Positions 18,663-30,935 are shown, counted from the stretch's first letter. The stretch: DNA of 64,000 nt from an uncultured Acidobacteriota bacterium (GCA_963804795.1 CAWDRS010000012.1:65606-129605), one strand, 5' to 3'. Notes: generated by a model not told the origin, from the letters alone. A program made the numbers and translations.

Positions 18663-21600
18663 TATCTCGCGTCCAGCTTCCTCCCCGCATCCAGGTTGTC
18701 GTGGTTCAGGATCGCGTTCAGCACCAGAAAGTAGCTGCCCTGCGTCTCCCCGCGCCAGATCGGATTGTTCGAGAAGAGCACGACGTGCCCTTTGTCCATC
18801 GGGACATCGACGACCATCGGGCGTTGCGCGATCTCGGTGCCGGCATCGAGCAGACCCGAGACGAGCAGATCCCGCGCGTCGCCGTAGCGGAACACCACGC
18901 GCGGCCGCTGGGCGGGAGGAATCACGTTTACTCCGTTCCGGAGTTGCTCCTCGCGGATCGGCGTGGCCTGCCACGGGTCGACGCGCGGCTCGTCTGGCGC
19001 TGGCTCCGAGGGCTGACGTCCCTGCGGCTGATCCGGGTCGTCCGGCGTGCCGCGTCCCGTCGCGCGGCGCGGTTCGGCGCCGCCACCTCGCCCGCTCCGG
19101 CCGCCAACCAGGTTGCTCACGCCGAAGATGGGGCCGTCGGACGAATAAATCGACAGATTCTCGTCGTACCCGTACGCGATCGGGCTCGTCTCGTCGACCC
19201 GCTTCGAGCGCAGCACGGCTCCGGTGATCTTCAATCGCTGAGCGGGCGTCACCGACACGCCGCTGGTGAAGCCGAACTGCACCGCAAAGTTCGCCGTGTC
19301 GTCGACCGCAATCAACAATCCGCCTTCGCGGACGAATTTCTGGAGGTTGGCCATGCCCGACCAGCCCATGCCCGGCCGTATGTCGTCGGTCGAATCGACC
19401 GTTCCGAGATTCGGCGTGAGCTCCGTCTTCTTCCACGGGATCGGGTTGCCGTACATCGGCATGCCGGTGATGATCGCCTGGCCGGCCGCGCGCCCGATTG
19501 GCGGGAAGAGAATCACGTCGAACTTCGATCGCAGCGACGCATCGTCGGTCACATCCTGGGTGCTGATGTAGGTGAACGGCACGTCGATCTGATCCAGGGC
19601 GAGACGCCACCAGCCTTCATCCTGCGTGTTGATCCAGGTGTGCATCAGCGCGATGCGGGCCGCCCTTGCCGGATGTGTCGTCACCGTCGGCGCCGCTGCG
19701 AGCGCGACCGCCTTCAATCCGAGCTCGGTGGCGACCTTGCCCAGGGCGTCGGCACCGACGTTGCGGATGATGAACGACCCGCGGTTGAACTTCTCGTCGC
19801 CCGACTCGAACGGCTCCTCGGCCACGTCGACCTGCGCGTCTTTCAGGCGAAAGCGCAACGTCGCCAGCTTGGGATCCGCGTTGTGATTCACCGCGAACAC
19901 GGTGCCGGTGCCCTCAACGCCGCCCGGCGCCGCCAGTTCCCCCTTTACCGGCTCCATCGTCGCGTCGAGCACGCGCGCGTCGACCACGCGGACGACTCGC
20001 ACGTTGAACAGCTCGCCGAACGTCCAGCCTGTGTCGTCGTAGGGATTTCGCTGGGGATCGTCCGGCGCCCAGGTACCTGATAGTCGAGCAGCATGTCTGC
20101 GATGCGGCTATAGGGTTGATCCATGCGCAGCACGTACGACCCCGCAGGAAACGTGCGCATCTCCGGCTCGGCCGCGCGCTCCTGAGGCTTGTCCTGTGTC
20201 GAACGATCCTGCGACTGCTGGCCATCGTCCGGTCCGCCGCGACCCTGAACGCCGGAGTCGTTCGTGATCGCGCGCGCCGGCCGGCGGCGGCCAGGCACCA
20301 TCACGGTGAACGGAGTCGTCGCCCTCGAGATCTCGCACCCCTGCTGCTGCATGATCCGAAGGAGGGCTGCCTGTGGGCCGATGCGTGGATCGTCCCCTGG
20401 GAAGACGTAGGCAGCCGGCCCCTCGGTCTTCGGCTTCAGGATCGAACGCTTGCTCTTCAGATAGAAATTCTTGAGAAAGAGATTCTTGTTGTCCGCGAAA
20501 TGGTTGAGAGAGACGAGCAGCCCAGTCTCCTGGTAGTTGTTGTTGTTCCGCTGCGACCACTTGGCCTTCGGCAGCGGAGGGTTCTGCTTGTACCACGTCC
20601 GGGCCGTCTCGTTCGGGCCGAGGGTCCGCTCGAGCGTGTCTGCGCCGCCGTTGCCGAAGGTTTCGTACAACCGGCTGATGCCGTTGTGCGTCGCGGCGAT
20701 GAACATCAGATACCCGGGTGTCCAGGTGTCGAAGGTGCCGTGCGTGAACACGCCGGGCATGCCGAACTTCGTCATCTCGGAGACGTTGTGCCAGCCGATC
20801 ATCTGCCACTCGTCGGTGAGGATCGGATCCAGCCAGGCATTGTAAGGGCCGTCTCCCACGGTGTTGTCGTAGAGATACGCGACCGACTCGTGGAGGTCGT
20901 GCAGCACCTGTGCCTTCCACCCCACGTAGGTGTTCAGCACGTTCCGCGTCAGGTTCAGCGTGAGCGCCATCGCATCGCGGTTGTTGTCATGCGCGACGTA
21001 CTTGCCCCAGTAGAGCGTGGACGGCCAGTTCTTGCCCGGGTTCGCGAGATGCCAGCGATAGACGTCGACGTGGCGATCCCGCCCATCCACCTCGACGATC
21101 GGGGTGACGAGGGTAATCACGCGGTTGCGGATCTTCTGGATGTACGGGCTCTCGTCCACTGCGAGCCGGTAGACGAGCTCCATCAGCGCCGTGGGCGATC
21201 CCGTTTCCGGCGAGTGGATGGTGCCGGTGATGTAGTACACCGGCACGGACTGGTCGACAAGCTTGTCCGCCTCCGCGTCGTTCAAATTGATGGTGCGCGG
21301 ATCTGCGAGCTTGGCCAGCCTCGCGCGATTGTCTTCGAGCTTCGCAAGGTTGGCCTCGGACGAGATCGCGACCGCGATCATCTCGCGTCCTTCTTCCGTC
21401 TTGCCGATCGAGTAGACCTTGACCCTGGGGCTGGCCTTTTCGACCATCCGCATGTATGCGTAGACCTCATGCGAGTACGGCAGCTTGCCGGGAGCGCCGG
21501 CGATGTCGCCAATCACTTTGTCCGGCGTCGGCACCGTTTTCGAGGCGGGGAGGTAGTCCACCAGCGGCGACGAGAAGTATGTCTGAGTCGTGTATTCCTT

Positions 21601-21753
21601 GATCTTCTGCGTGTAGGGCTCGTCTACCGGCTGTTTCGCATCGCGCGCGTACGGGTTCGACGGCGACTGTGCGCCGCCACGCGAGCCGCTCGCAGCAAGA
21701 AGGGCGCACACCAGTACGAACATCGCTCTACGTCTCATTACGAGATGCCTCAT
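18662..21753 (-). pseudogene. exported M14-family zinc carboxypeptidase-like protein; at least two frame breaks at ~19990-20080
   Basis: Signal peptide, then the zinc-site context ITGTIHSPETGSPTALMELVYRL and YVAHDNNRD. The C-terminal half continues in ORF 18662-20002. Confidence 0.7.
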
Positions 21754-21842
21754 CGAATAAGGGGGCGAAAAAAGGGGGCGACCACCGGAACTGGGATTGT
21801 AGATCGTGGAGCTGCGGACCTGAGCACGCGGGAGACTCGTGC

Positions 21843-23753
21843 TCAGACCGGGGGGATTTCCGCGGGGATGGCGTCCGGCGCTTTCGGCGGCAGCGGCCCC
21901 ATAAGCGCCAGCAACTCCGCCGATTCGACGACTTCCACCTCGAGCAGCCGGGCAGACAGCGCGTCGAGGACCGACCGCCGCTCGACCAGCACCCTTCGGG
22001 CTTCGTCGTGCGCCCCGGCCAGGATCCGCTTGACCTCGGTGTCGATCAGAAGCGCCGTCTGCTCGGCGTAGACGCCTCGCTCCTGCTGGAAGGGCGACTC
22101 CAGGAACGGGTTCCGCTTGTGGCCGTTGTGGTTGACGAGACCGACGAGATCGCTCATCCCGAATTCGGTCACCATCGCCCTCGCGATGTCCGTCGCGCGC
22201 TGCAGATCGTTCTGGGCGCCAGTCGAGATCTCGCCGAACGCGATCTCTTCCGCCGTCCGTCCCCCGAGCAGCACCGCGAGCTGGCCGAGAAGGTCCGTGC
22301 GCGTCATCAGGTAGCGGTCCTCGAGCGGGAGCTGCATCGTGTAGCCGAGCGCGCCGAAGCCGCGTTGGACGATCGAAATCTTGTGCACCGGATCGAGCCC
22401 CGGCAGCACGGTGGCGACAATTGCGTGGCCGGACTCGTGGTAGGCGACAATGCGGCGCTCCTTGTCGCTCATCACGCGCTTCTTCTCGAGACCTGCGATG
22501 ACGCGGTCGATCGCCTCGTCGAAGTCCTTCATTTCGACGAGCGTCTTGTCGCGGCGTGCCGCCAGCAGCGCCGCCTCGTTGACGAGATTGGCCAGATCCG
22601 CGCCGGCAAAGCCGGCCGTGCGGGCCGCGATGACCTTCAGGTCGACGTTCGGCCCGACCTTCACGTTCTTCACGTGGATGCGGAGGATGTCCTCGCGCCC
22701 CTTGACGTCAGGCTTGTCGACGAGGACCTGCCGATCGAAGCGCCCGGGCCGGAGCAGGGCCGGGTCGAGCACCTCGGGACGGTTCGTCGCGCCCATGATG
22801 ATGACGCCCTTGCGCGCGTCGAAGCCGTCCATCTCCGCGAGGAGCTGATTGAGCGTCTGCTCGCGCTCTTCGTGGCTCCCCATCGGCGTCTGGATACGCA
22901 CTTTCCCCAACGCGTCGAGCTCGTCGATGAAGACGATGCAGGGCGCCTTGCCTTCGGCCTGCCCGAACAGATCCCGGACCCGCGCCGCGCCGACGCCCAC
23001 GAACATCTCGACGAACTCGGATCCGCTCAGCGAGAAGAACGGAACTTTCGCTTCGCCGGCAACCGCCCGCGCCAGGAGCGTCTTGCCCGTGCCGGGCGGA
23101 CCGACCAGCAGCACACCCTTCGGGATCCGGCCGCCGATGCTCGTATATTTCTTGGGAGTCTTCAGGAACTCGACAATCTCGCGCAGCTCTTCTTCCGCCT
23201 CGTCCACGCCCGCGACGTCGCCGAAGCGCACGGTCACGTCGTCTTCCGCGTAGATCTTCGCGCGGCTGCGCGCGAACGACATCACACCGCCTTCGGCACC
23301 GCCCATGCGACGAAAGAAGAAGCTCCACAGGGCGACAAGGAACACGAGCGGAATGACCCAGCCCAGGACCTCGCCGATCCAGCGACTCGTGACCTCGCCC
23401 GTGTACTTGACGCCGTGCGCCTCGAGGTCCTCGACGAGCTTCGGGTCTTCGATGCGGACGGCGCTGAAGTTGCGCGGCTTCCCGCTGGGGTTCTTGAGGG
23501 TACCGCGGATCCGGTCGTCGCCGAGCGTGATCTCGACCACCTGGTTATCGCGGATGGCCTTGCGAAAGTCGCTGTAGGAGAGCGTCTCGCCGGATTGGAC
23601 CGAGAAGAAGAAGGCCTGGCCGAGGGCGAGAAGGAGCAGGAGCCCCAGGACGTACCACATCGTCGAGCCCGGCGGCGTGCGTGCGCCCAGCTTCCGGTCA
23701 CCCGGCCGCCGTCCGCGCGGGTTCGGAGTCTTCCCTGAGGTCTGCTCAGCCAT
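21843..23753 (-). CDS. ftsH: ATP-dependent zinc metalloprotease FtsH
   Basis: Walker [19 protein letters not shown], the SRH motif [20 protein letters not shown], and the zinc motif HESGHAI. Confidence 0.95.
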   Translation of the reverse strand: MAEQTSGKTPNPRGRRPGDRKLGARTPPGSTMWYVLGLLLLLALGQAFFFSVQSGETLSYSDFRKAIRDNQVVEITLGDDRIRGTLKNPSGKPRNFSAVRIEDPKLVEDLEAHGVKYTGEVTSRWIGEVLGWVIPLVFLVALWSFFFRRMGGAEGGVMSFARSRAKIYAEDDVTVRFGDVAGVDEAEEELREIVEFLKTPKKYTSIGGRIPKGVLLVGPPGTGKTLLARAVAGEAKVPFFSLSGSEFVEMFVGVGAARVRDLFGQAEGKAPCIVFIDELDALGKVRIQTPMGSHEEREQTLNQLLAEMDGFDARKGVIIMGATNRPEVLDPALLRPGRFDRQVLVDKPDVKGREDILRIHVKNVKVGPNVDLKVIAARTAGFAGADLANLVNEAALLAARRDKTLVEMKDFDEAIDRVIAGLEKKRVMSDKERRIVAYHESGHAIVATVLPGLDPVHKISIVQRGFGALGYTMQLPLEDRYLMTRTDLLGQLAVLLGGRTAEEIAFGEISTGAQNDLQRATDIARAMVTEFGMSDLVGLVNHNGHKRNPFLESPFQQERGVYAEQTALLIDTEVKRILAGAHDEARRVLVERRSVLDALSARLLEVEVVESAELLALMGPLPPKAPDAIPAEIPPV

Positions 23754-23779
23754 CGATCTGATTGTACTGCCGCGTGGGC

Positions 23780-23844
23780 CAGGTCTTGCAGCGCCGCAAG
23801 GGGGTCAGGTCTTGCATTTGCAGATCCCGTCAGTGCAAGACCTG
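23780..23844. repeat. three copies of an 11-mer (CAGGTCTTGCA) in the clpB-ftsH junction: two direct, one inverted
   Basis: CAGGTCTTGCA occurs at 23780-23790 and 23806-23816. The inverted copy, TGCAAGACCTG, is at 23834-23844 and overlaps the last clpB codons. Confidence 0.5.
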
Positions 23845-26468
23845 CCCCCCCACCTGCGCGACGCCGCGCTCGGCGCGGACGAACTCGAGGTCGCCCCCGG
23901 ACACGTCGATTCGGACCCGATCTCCCTCGCGGAACTCTCCCTGGAGCACGCGCATTGCCAGCGGATCCAGGATCCGCCGCTGGATCGTGCGCTTGAGGGG
24001 ACGGGCGCCATACGTCGGGTCGTAGCCCTCCGCGATCAGCAGATCCTTCGCACGATCGGTCAGCTCCACGTGGATCTTGCGATCCTCCAGCCGCTTCGTC
24101 AGGCCTCGCAGCTGAATGTCGATGATCGAACGCATCTGCTCGCGGCTGAGCGCGTGGAAGATGATGATCTCGTCCACGCGGTTCAGGAACTCCGGCCGGA
24201 ACTGCGACCTGAGGAGGTCGAGCACCTGCCGGCGCGTTCCCTCGTCCAGCGACGTCGACCCGGCGCCCACCGTCTCGGCGATGAGGTGGCTGCCGACATT
24301 CGACGTCATGATCACCACGGTGTTCTTGAAATCGACGGTCCGCCCCTTGCCGTCGGTCAGCCGCCCGTCGTCGAGGAGCTGCAGCATGACGTTCAGCACC
24401 TCGCTATGGGCCTTCTCGATCTCGTCGAAGAGCACAACGGCGTACGGCCGCCGGCGGACGGCCTCGGTCAGCTGGCCGGCCTCCTCGTAGCCGACGTACC
24501 CGGGCGGCGCGCCGATCAACCTCGACACCGTGTGCTTCTCCTGGTACTCGGACATGTCGATCCGGATCATGGCCTGATCGTCGTCGAACAGGAACTCCGC
24601 GAGGGCGCGCGCGAGCTCCGTCTTGCCGACGCCGGTGGGCCCGAGGAAGATGAAGCTCCCGAGCGGCCGATTGGGATCCTGCAGGCCGGCGCGCGCACGG
24701 CGAATGGCGTTGGCCACGGCGCCGATCGCCTCGTCTTGACCGACCACGCGCTGGTGCAGGCGTTCCTCCATCTTGAGCAGCTTCTGGATTTCGCCTTCGA
24801 TCAGACGGCTGACGGGGATGTGCGTCCACCTGCTGACGACTTCGGCGATGTCCTCCTCGTCGACCTGTTCCTTGAGCATCCGCTTGTCCTGCTGCAGCTC
24901 GGCGAGGCGTCGTTCCTGCTCCTGGATCCGGCGCTCCATTTCCGGCAGCGCCCCATACTGCAGCTCGGACGCCTTGGCATAGTCGCCGCTCCGCTGGGCC
25001 TGCTCGATCTCGTGACGGACCTGCTCGAGCTCCTCCTTGAGTTTTCGGCCGGTCTGAATGGCGTCCTTCTCCTGCTGCCAGTGCGCCGCGAGGCGGTTCT
25101 TGTCTTCCTTGAGATTGGCGAGCTCCTTCTCCAACTTCTGCAGACGCTCCTTCGAGGGCTTGTCCGTCTCCTTGCGGAGCGCCTCGCGCTCGAATCTCGA
25201 GCTGCATGATCCGCCGCTGCACTTCGTCGAGCTCCGCGGGCATCGAGTCGATCTCCATCCGCAGCCGTGATGCCGCTTCGTCGATCAGATCGATGGCCTT
25301 GTCGGGCAGGAACCGATCGGTGATGTAGCGGTTCGAGAGGACTGCCGCCGCGACGAGCGCCGAGTCCTTGAACTTCACCCCGTGATGCACCTCGTAGCGC
25401 TCGCGGAGCCCGCGCAGGATGCTGATCGTGTCCTCGACCGTCGGCTCGCCAATCATCACGGGCTGGAACCGCCGCTCGAGTGCCGCATCTTTCTCGATGT
25501 GCTTCCGATATTCGTCGAGCGTCGTGGCGCCGACGGTGTGCAGCTCGCCCCGGGCGAGCATCGGCTTGAGCATGTTGGACGCATCCATCGCACCTTCCGC
25601 TGCTCCTGCGCCGACGACCGTGTGCAGCTCGTCGATGAACAGGATCACCTGGCCGGCAGCATCCGCGACCTCTTTCAGCACCGCCTTCAGACGCTCCTCG
25701 AATTCGCCTCTGGTACTTCGCGCCGGCAACGAGCGCACCCATGTCGAGGGCGACGATCCGCTTGTTCTTGAGGCCTTCCGGCACGTCCTGCCGAACGATG
25801 CGCTGTGCCAGCCCCTCGACGACGGCGGTCTTGCCGACGCCGGGCTCGCCGATGAGCACCGGGTTGTTCTTGGTGCGCCTGGACAGCACCTGAATCACGC
25901 GCCTGATCTCGTCGTCTCGACCGATGACGGGATCGAGCTTGCCCTTCCGCGCGAGCTCGGTGAGGTCGCGGCCGTAGCGCTCGAGTGCCTGGTAGGTCGT
26001 CTCCGGGTTCTGGCTGGTGACGCGCTGCGATCCGCGAATCGTGGTGAGCGCTTGCAGGATGGCGTCACGAGTGATGCCGCGCGACTGCAACAGGCGAGCG
26101 GATGCCGAACGCCCGCCCTCGGCGGCGATCGCCACGAGAAGATGCTCCGTGCTGACGTATTCGTCCTTCAGCCGTTCCGCTTCCTGCTCCGCTGCGTCCG
26201 TGACCTGGCGCAGCCGGGGAGACAGGGCGACCTGCGTGCCGCCGTGCGCGCGCGGAAGCTTCCCGAGCTCGGCGCGGATGCCCGCGGCAAGCGCGGCCGG
26301 ATCCGCATTCATCTTGCGCACGATCTCAGGGACAATGCCGTCCCGCTGTTCAAGCAGCGTGAGGAGCAGGTGCTCCGGTGTGATCTCTGGATGCCCTTCG
26401 CGATCAGTGAGCTGCTGCGCGCCGAGGATGGCTTCCTGGGCTTTCTCGGTGTATTTGTTGATATTCAT
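23830..26468 (-). pseudogene. clpB: chaperone ClpB; two frame breaks (~25190 and ~25720)
   Basis: Clp_N N-terminus, NBD1 ([18 protein letters not shown]; [14 protein letters not shown]), coiled-coil M-domain, and NBD2 ([19 protein letters not shown]; [11 protein letters not shown]). The pieces lie in three frames. Confidence 0.9.
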
Positions 26469-27463
26469 AACGACTTCTCGGATTTTCTGAGCGCCTCGTA
26501 GTGGTCTCGTTGCTCCTTCGTGAGCGAACGGGGCAGCTGGACGTCGACGGTCGCGTAGAGGTCTCCGCGATCGTCCGGCTTTCCGACCGCCGGCATCCCG
26601 TGTCCCTTGAGACGGAACACCTGGCCATTCTGCGTGCCTTCGGGGATCTTCAAACGAACGGCGCCGTTGATCGTCGGGATCTGCGCTTCGCCGCCGAGCA
26701 CTGCCGTCGTCACCGGGACGGCGACGCGCGTGTGCAGGTCGTCCCCCTTCCGTTCGAACATCGGATGGGGGCGAACCCGGACTCGGAGATACAGGTCGCC
26801 GGCGGTGCCGCCGTTGGCCCCCGATTCGCCCTCGCCGGCGGCACGGACGCGAGAGCCATCCTTCACGCCGACGGGGATGCGGACATCCACCGTGCGCGTG
26901 TGTCCGCCTTCCTTGATCGACATTCGCCGCGTCGTTCCGTGGAACGCCTCTTCCAGCGTGAGGTCGACCTCGTGTTCGATGTCCCGCCCCTTCTGGACCC
27001 GGGTGGCCCGGGCGGTCCGCTGGCGGCCGCCGACGCTCGGCCCGCCGCCGCCGAAGAACGTCTTGAAGAAGTCGGAAAACGGATCCTCGTTGCCGAAGAG
27101 GTCACGCATCTCCTCTTCGGTCATCGTGCGATAGGCACCCGTGCCGCCCGAGCCGCCCGTATTCACCGAGTACGCGCCGCCGCCAAACGGGGACCCGCCC
27201 CACGGCTGCCCCTGTTGCTGCGCCTGCTCGTACATCCGCCAGTTGGCGCCGAGCTCGTCGTATTTCCGCCGCTTCTCGGGGTCGCCCAGCACCTCGTAGG
27301 CCTCGTTGATCTCCTTGAACTTCGCTTCGGCCGACTTGTCGCCCGGGTTCACGTCGGGATGGTGCTTGCGCGCCAGCTTGCGGTACGCCTGTTTGATCTC
27401 TTTTTCCGACGCCGTCTTCGAGACGCCGAGCGTGGTGTAGTAGTCCTTGAAGTCCAATGCCAT
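26465..27463 (-). CDS. cbpA: DnaJ-class co-chaperone without zinc finger (CbpA type)
   Basis: J domain ([33 protein letters not shown]), a G-rich linker, no CxxCxGxG repeats, and DnaJ_C. Its stop overlaps the clpB ATG (ATGA). Confidence 0.8.
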   Translation of the reverse strand: MALDFKDYYTTLGVSKTASEKEIKQAYRKLARKHHPDVNPGDKSAEAKFKEINEAYEVLGDPEKRRKYDELGANWRMYEQAQQQGQPWGGSPFGGGAYSVNTGGSGGTGAYRTMTEEEMRDLFGNEDPFSDFFKTFFGGGGPSVGGRQRTARATRVQKGRDIEHEVDLTLEEAFHGTTRRMSIKEGGHTRTVDVRIPVGVKDGSRVRAAGEGESGANGGTAGDLYLRVRVRPHPMFERKGDDLHTRVAVPVTTAVLGGEAQIPTINGAVRLKIPEGTQNGQVFRLKGHGMPAVGKPDDRGDLYATVDVQLPRSLTKEQRDHYEALRKSEKSL

Positions 27464-27475
27464 CCTAACTAGATC

Positions 27476-27590
27476 CGGGGGCTACCGCCCCCCGGACCCC
27501 CTTACGCCGTCGCTCGCGGGGCCCCACGCCCCGCTTCGTTCGCTAAACTACGGCGGACGCGCCGAAGCCTTGGCGAAGGCGGGCCGCTCC
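27476..27590 (-). repeat. diverged, inverted third copy of the 31089/35000 repeat family
   Basis: The reverse complement reads GGCCCGCCTTCGCCAAGGCTTCGGCGCGTCCGCCGTAG...GGGGGTCCGGGGGGCGGTAGCCCCCGG. This is colinear with copy B, which reads GGCCCGCCTACGCCAAGGCTTCGGCGAGGTCTCGCCGTAG...GGGGAGTCCGAGGGGCGAAGCCCCTCGG. Confidence 0.45.
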
Positions 27591-28031
27591 GGCGGGGCGC
27601 GCCTGCGGCGCGCCTGTTCTCGGCGGAGCACATGACAGCCTAGCGATGACTGCCGCGCGACCGTCTACAGCCCGACCATCTGCCCGATTCGCTCGAATCT
27701 CGCGTGCCAGGCGCTTCCGCGTGTCGTGGCGGCCGTGCTCTTCCCGCACCAGCGGCCGGAGGCGCTGCACCGACTCGGCTATCGCCAGCAGCCGTTGAAC
27801 TCCGGCAAGGTTCACGCCCACTTCGTCGACGAGGTGCTTGATGAGACGCAGCCTTTCGAGCTCGTCTTCCGAATAGACGCGCATGCTGCCGACCGTGCGG
27901 GTCGGGCGCACCAGACCGAGGCGCTCGTACTTCCGCAGTGTCTGCGGGTGCATGTCGAGCAGCCGCGCGGCCATGCTGATAAAGTAGAGATCGTGTTCGA
28001 TCGTCATGCGTTTCTGAGCCGCTGAAGTCAT
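27543..28031 (-). CDS. hspR: MerR-family heat-shock repressor HspR (3' end runs into a repeat element)
   Basis: YFISMAARLLDMHPQTLRKYERLGLVRPTRTVGSMRVYSEDELERLRLIKHLVDEVGVNLAGVQRLL. It is the first gene of the hspR-cbpA-clpB string. Confidence 0.75.
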   Translation of the reverse strand: MTSAAQKRMTIEHDLYFISMAARLLDMHPQTLRKYERLGLVRPTRTVGSMRVYSEDELERLRLIKHLVDEVGVNLAGVQRLLAIAESVQRLRPLVREEHGRHDTRKRLAREIRANRADGRAVDGRAAVIARLSCAPPRTGAPQARPAGAARLRQGFGASAVV

Positions 28032-28081
28032 CTGCGGGTCTCCGGTGCCCCATGGGGAGCCGGCGTCCCTGCGTCGATCCA

Positions 28082-28111
28082 AATATAGACCTTGATACGA
28101 CTCGCGTCAAG
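28082..28111 (-). promoter_or_regulatory. hspR promoter overlapped by a HAIR-like inverted repeat (HspR operator)
   Basis: In minus sense: TTGACG (28110-28105), a 17-nt spacer, then TATATT (28087-28082). The inverted repeat CTTGATA-CGACTCG-CGTCAAG (28091-28111) compares with the HAIR consensus CTTGAGT-N7-ACTCAAG. Confidence 0.55.
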
Positions 28112-28126
28112 GTTGGCCCACTGTTG

Positions 28127-28858
28127 ATGGATGTTCACCTGACCGATTTTCTGACGATTGGCCTGCTCGTCCTTCTCGAAGGACTGCTCAGTGCCGACAA
28201 CGCGCTAGTGCTCGCGATCCTCGTGCTGGGGCTCCCGCGCAGCGAACAGCGCAAAGCGCTCCGATACGGCATTCTCGGCGCGTTCGCCTTTCGCATCCTC
28301 GCGACGCTGCTCGCCGTGCACCTGCTGCAGGTTGCGTGGGTCAAACTGATTGGCGCGTGCTACCTGCTGTACCTGACGTGGAGCCACTTCTTCGGGAGCG
28401 GCGACAGGGGACAACGTCGCGCGGTCAAGCCGGCGCGCGCGTGGATGGGACTGCCGGCGTTCTGGGCAACGGTGGTCAAGGTCGAGCTCACGGATCTCGT
28501 CTTTGCCGTGGACTCGATCCTCGTCGCCGTTGCGATGTCCCCGAAGACGTGGGTCATCATCAGCGGAGGCATCCTTGGCATCATCACGATGCGGATGGTG
28601 ATCGGCCAGCTGCTCGCGCTGGTCCGGCGCTACCCGGCGCTCGTGGACGGCGCGTTCATAATCATCGCGTGGGTGGGGCTCAAGCTGATGATCGAGTACC
28701 TGCACGCCGAGGGCTGGATCCACTTCCAGGTCAACAAGTGGCTGTCGTTCGGATTGATCGTCGTGATCTTCGGGATCGCCTACCTCTACGCGCGTCGTCA
28801 GGGACCGTCTCCGGACAGCGCGGAGGACGAAGCCACGGCGCTCCTGAACGAGCCGTAG
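28127..28858 (+). CDS. TerC-family integral membrane protein
   Basis: LLVLLEGLLSADNALVLAILV...FAVDSILVAVAM, with multiple TM helices. Confidence 0.85.
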   Translation: MDVHLTDFLTIGLLVLLEGLLSADNALVLAILVLGLPRSEQRKALRYGILGAFAFRILATLLAVHLLQVAWVKLIGACYLLYLTWSHFFGSGDRGQRRAVKPARAWMGLPAFWATVVKVELTDLVFAVDSILVAVAMSPKTWVIISGGILGIITMRMVIGQLLALVRRYPALVDGAFIIIAWVGLKLMIEYLHAEGWIHFQVNKWLSFGLIVVIFGIAYLYARRQGPSPDSAEDEATALLNEP

Positions 28859-29107
28859 GCCGGGGCTTGCAGGGCGGAGCCGGCTTTCGGGCAACCCCAA
28901 GCCGCCGCGGCATCGTCAGCAATCGCTGGAGGCGTATTTTTCCGCGCGTCAGGCCGCGGCGCGGGACCGAGGTGGCTTCGACGCGCTCCGCTCTTCCGCC
29001 TGAAGGCGGAAGCCACACGAATAAATTCACAGGCTCTTCAGGCCTGCCACTCCGACGCGCGCAGTTCTGAAGGGCTGCGCTACAGCCACCACGAGTGAAT
29101 CGCGGGA

Positions 29108-30935
29108 CTAGGCTCCTCCGATCTTCAGATCGAGCGTCTTGCTTTCGCCCTCACCGAGCGAGAAGCGCTGGGCCTTCGGCTTCAGCCGCTCGAGGAGCTC
29201 CGGATCGCTCCATTCGCCCTGGGCGATGTAATCCACGGCGATCGCGTAGTAGCTGCCCGGAGGCATGCTGCGCACGCCGAACCGGCCGTCCTGGTCGGGC
29301 CGGGTTCCGGTCACCCACCGTGTCGAGGGGACCGTCCATTTCTGCGAATCTTCGGAGAAGACGACGACCGTGTAGTCCTTGATCGCGGTGCCGTCGCCGC
29401 CGCTCACGCCTCCTGCGATCTCCGTGGTCTTGGGAGAGAGAAGAATCTCGATCCCGCTGATCGGCTCCGCTCCTTTGATCTCGACGCCCGTATCCGTCAC
29501 ATCGATTCCGCTCTGCTCGACGGCCTTGAGAGTCCAGCCGGCCGGAAGCCCATTGACCCGGAACACGCGCTGCGGGCCAGCCAGTCCCTTCAGCTCGAAC
29601 GTTCCATCGGGCTTCAAGCCCGCGCCGGCGGTGCCTCCCAGCGCCGGCCCTTCGGTGTTGGCCGCCATCGACGTCACGCGCAGGTTGTTGGCCGAGGCCG
29701 GGCGTTCGCCGTCGAACGTGACCCTTCCCGTCGCTGTCGCGCCCTTCGATGTCGTGATCACGACGTTGGTGAGATCTTCGCCGCTGACCGACAGCGGCTG
29801 CGCCGCGAACTCTGACTCGCCACCCATTCCGGCCGCCATTCGCGTGAACATCATCGTGTCACCGCCGTCGCTCGATGACGTGACGACCCTGATCGATCGC
29901 ACTTGCAGCGTGTACTCGCCCGGCGCGACGTTGTTGAGGGTGAATGCGCCTTCGCGGGTGGTGCGTCCGCCACCGCCTCCCATCATCCCGAACCCGTCGG
30001 GTCCGCGGCTTGGCACGGCGGACACCATCGCGCCGTCGACCGGCCGGCCCTCCGAATTGAGGACGAAGCCGGTGATGCGCGCGAATCGCACGGGCACCAG
30101 CGCGAAGTCGGTGCCTTGGGATTCCTGTCCAGCCACGACCACGATCTTCTGAGCTTCGGATACTGACGACGTTCCTGGATAGTAGGTCGGCGCGTAGCCC
30201 GAGCGCGGCGCAGCCGGGCTGTAGACTGGAGCGTCGGTGCCAGGGAGCAGCAGCTCCAGCGGCGGCCCCTCGAGGTTCCGGACCGTCGCGCTGACGTAAT
30301 AGTCGCCGGGAGGCAGGCCGTACAGACGGAATTGCCCGAGGTCGTTCGTCTGTGCGCCGCGACCCGCGCTCACGAGCCGCCGGCGTCCACCTATCCACTG
30401 CTGGCGCATCGCCGTGACGCTGGCGTCGGCGAGTGGATCACCGAGCTCATCCACGATTCGCCCGACGATCACGCTCCCGCGCGGAAGCGCCATGTCCGCC
30501 TTGTCCATCACTTGCTTGTCGGCGAGCTGGATCGGCTTTCCCGACTCGAACGGGCGCGTCTGCCCGTACCTGGACGGCCATGTAACCGGCCTTGCTGGCC
30601 AACACCGTGAAGCGCCCATCCGGCAGATCGGCGAACTCGAACCGGCCATTGGCATCGGTCAGCGCCGTGCGCGGGGCGATGTCCGGACCGGTGACGCGGA
30701 CCTGTGCACGCCGCACCGGCGAGCCGGACTCGGCGGAGATCACGCGGCCGCGGATTCGTCCGCTGCCGGTTCTCTGCTGCCGGCCCGGCGGTCCGACCTG
30801 CTGCAGTGGATCGTCGCCGAGGACCTCCACCTGCTGCTGGAACTGGATCTGCTGCGCCCGTGCCTCGACGCTGCACGCGACACACACCAGGGCGGACCAA
30901 AAAGCGATTCGGAGCGTCTGCATACGGAGCCTCAT
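29108..30935 (-). pseudogene. exported carboxypeptidase-regulatory-like (CarboxypepD_reg) repeat protein; one frame break ~30570
   Basis: Signal peptide, then GRVISAESGSPVRRAQVRVTG...TDANGRFEFADLPDGRFTVLASKAGY, followed by further beta-sandwich repeats (GRIVDELGDPLADASV; GFVLNSEGRPVDGAMV). Confidence 0.7.

Noticed and set aside
28860-29100. Intergenic sequence after terC containing a perfect palindrome, CTTCCGCC-TGAA-GGCGGAAG (28992-29011), and words such as TGAAGGGCTGCGCTACAG. It was checked as a fourth copy of the 180-bp repeat family.
   Set aside because: It shares only short GC-rich words (GGCGGAAGC) with copies A, B and C, and I could not establish a colinear alignment. It may be a different repeat family or a simple terminator, and it needs a genome-wide search.
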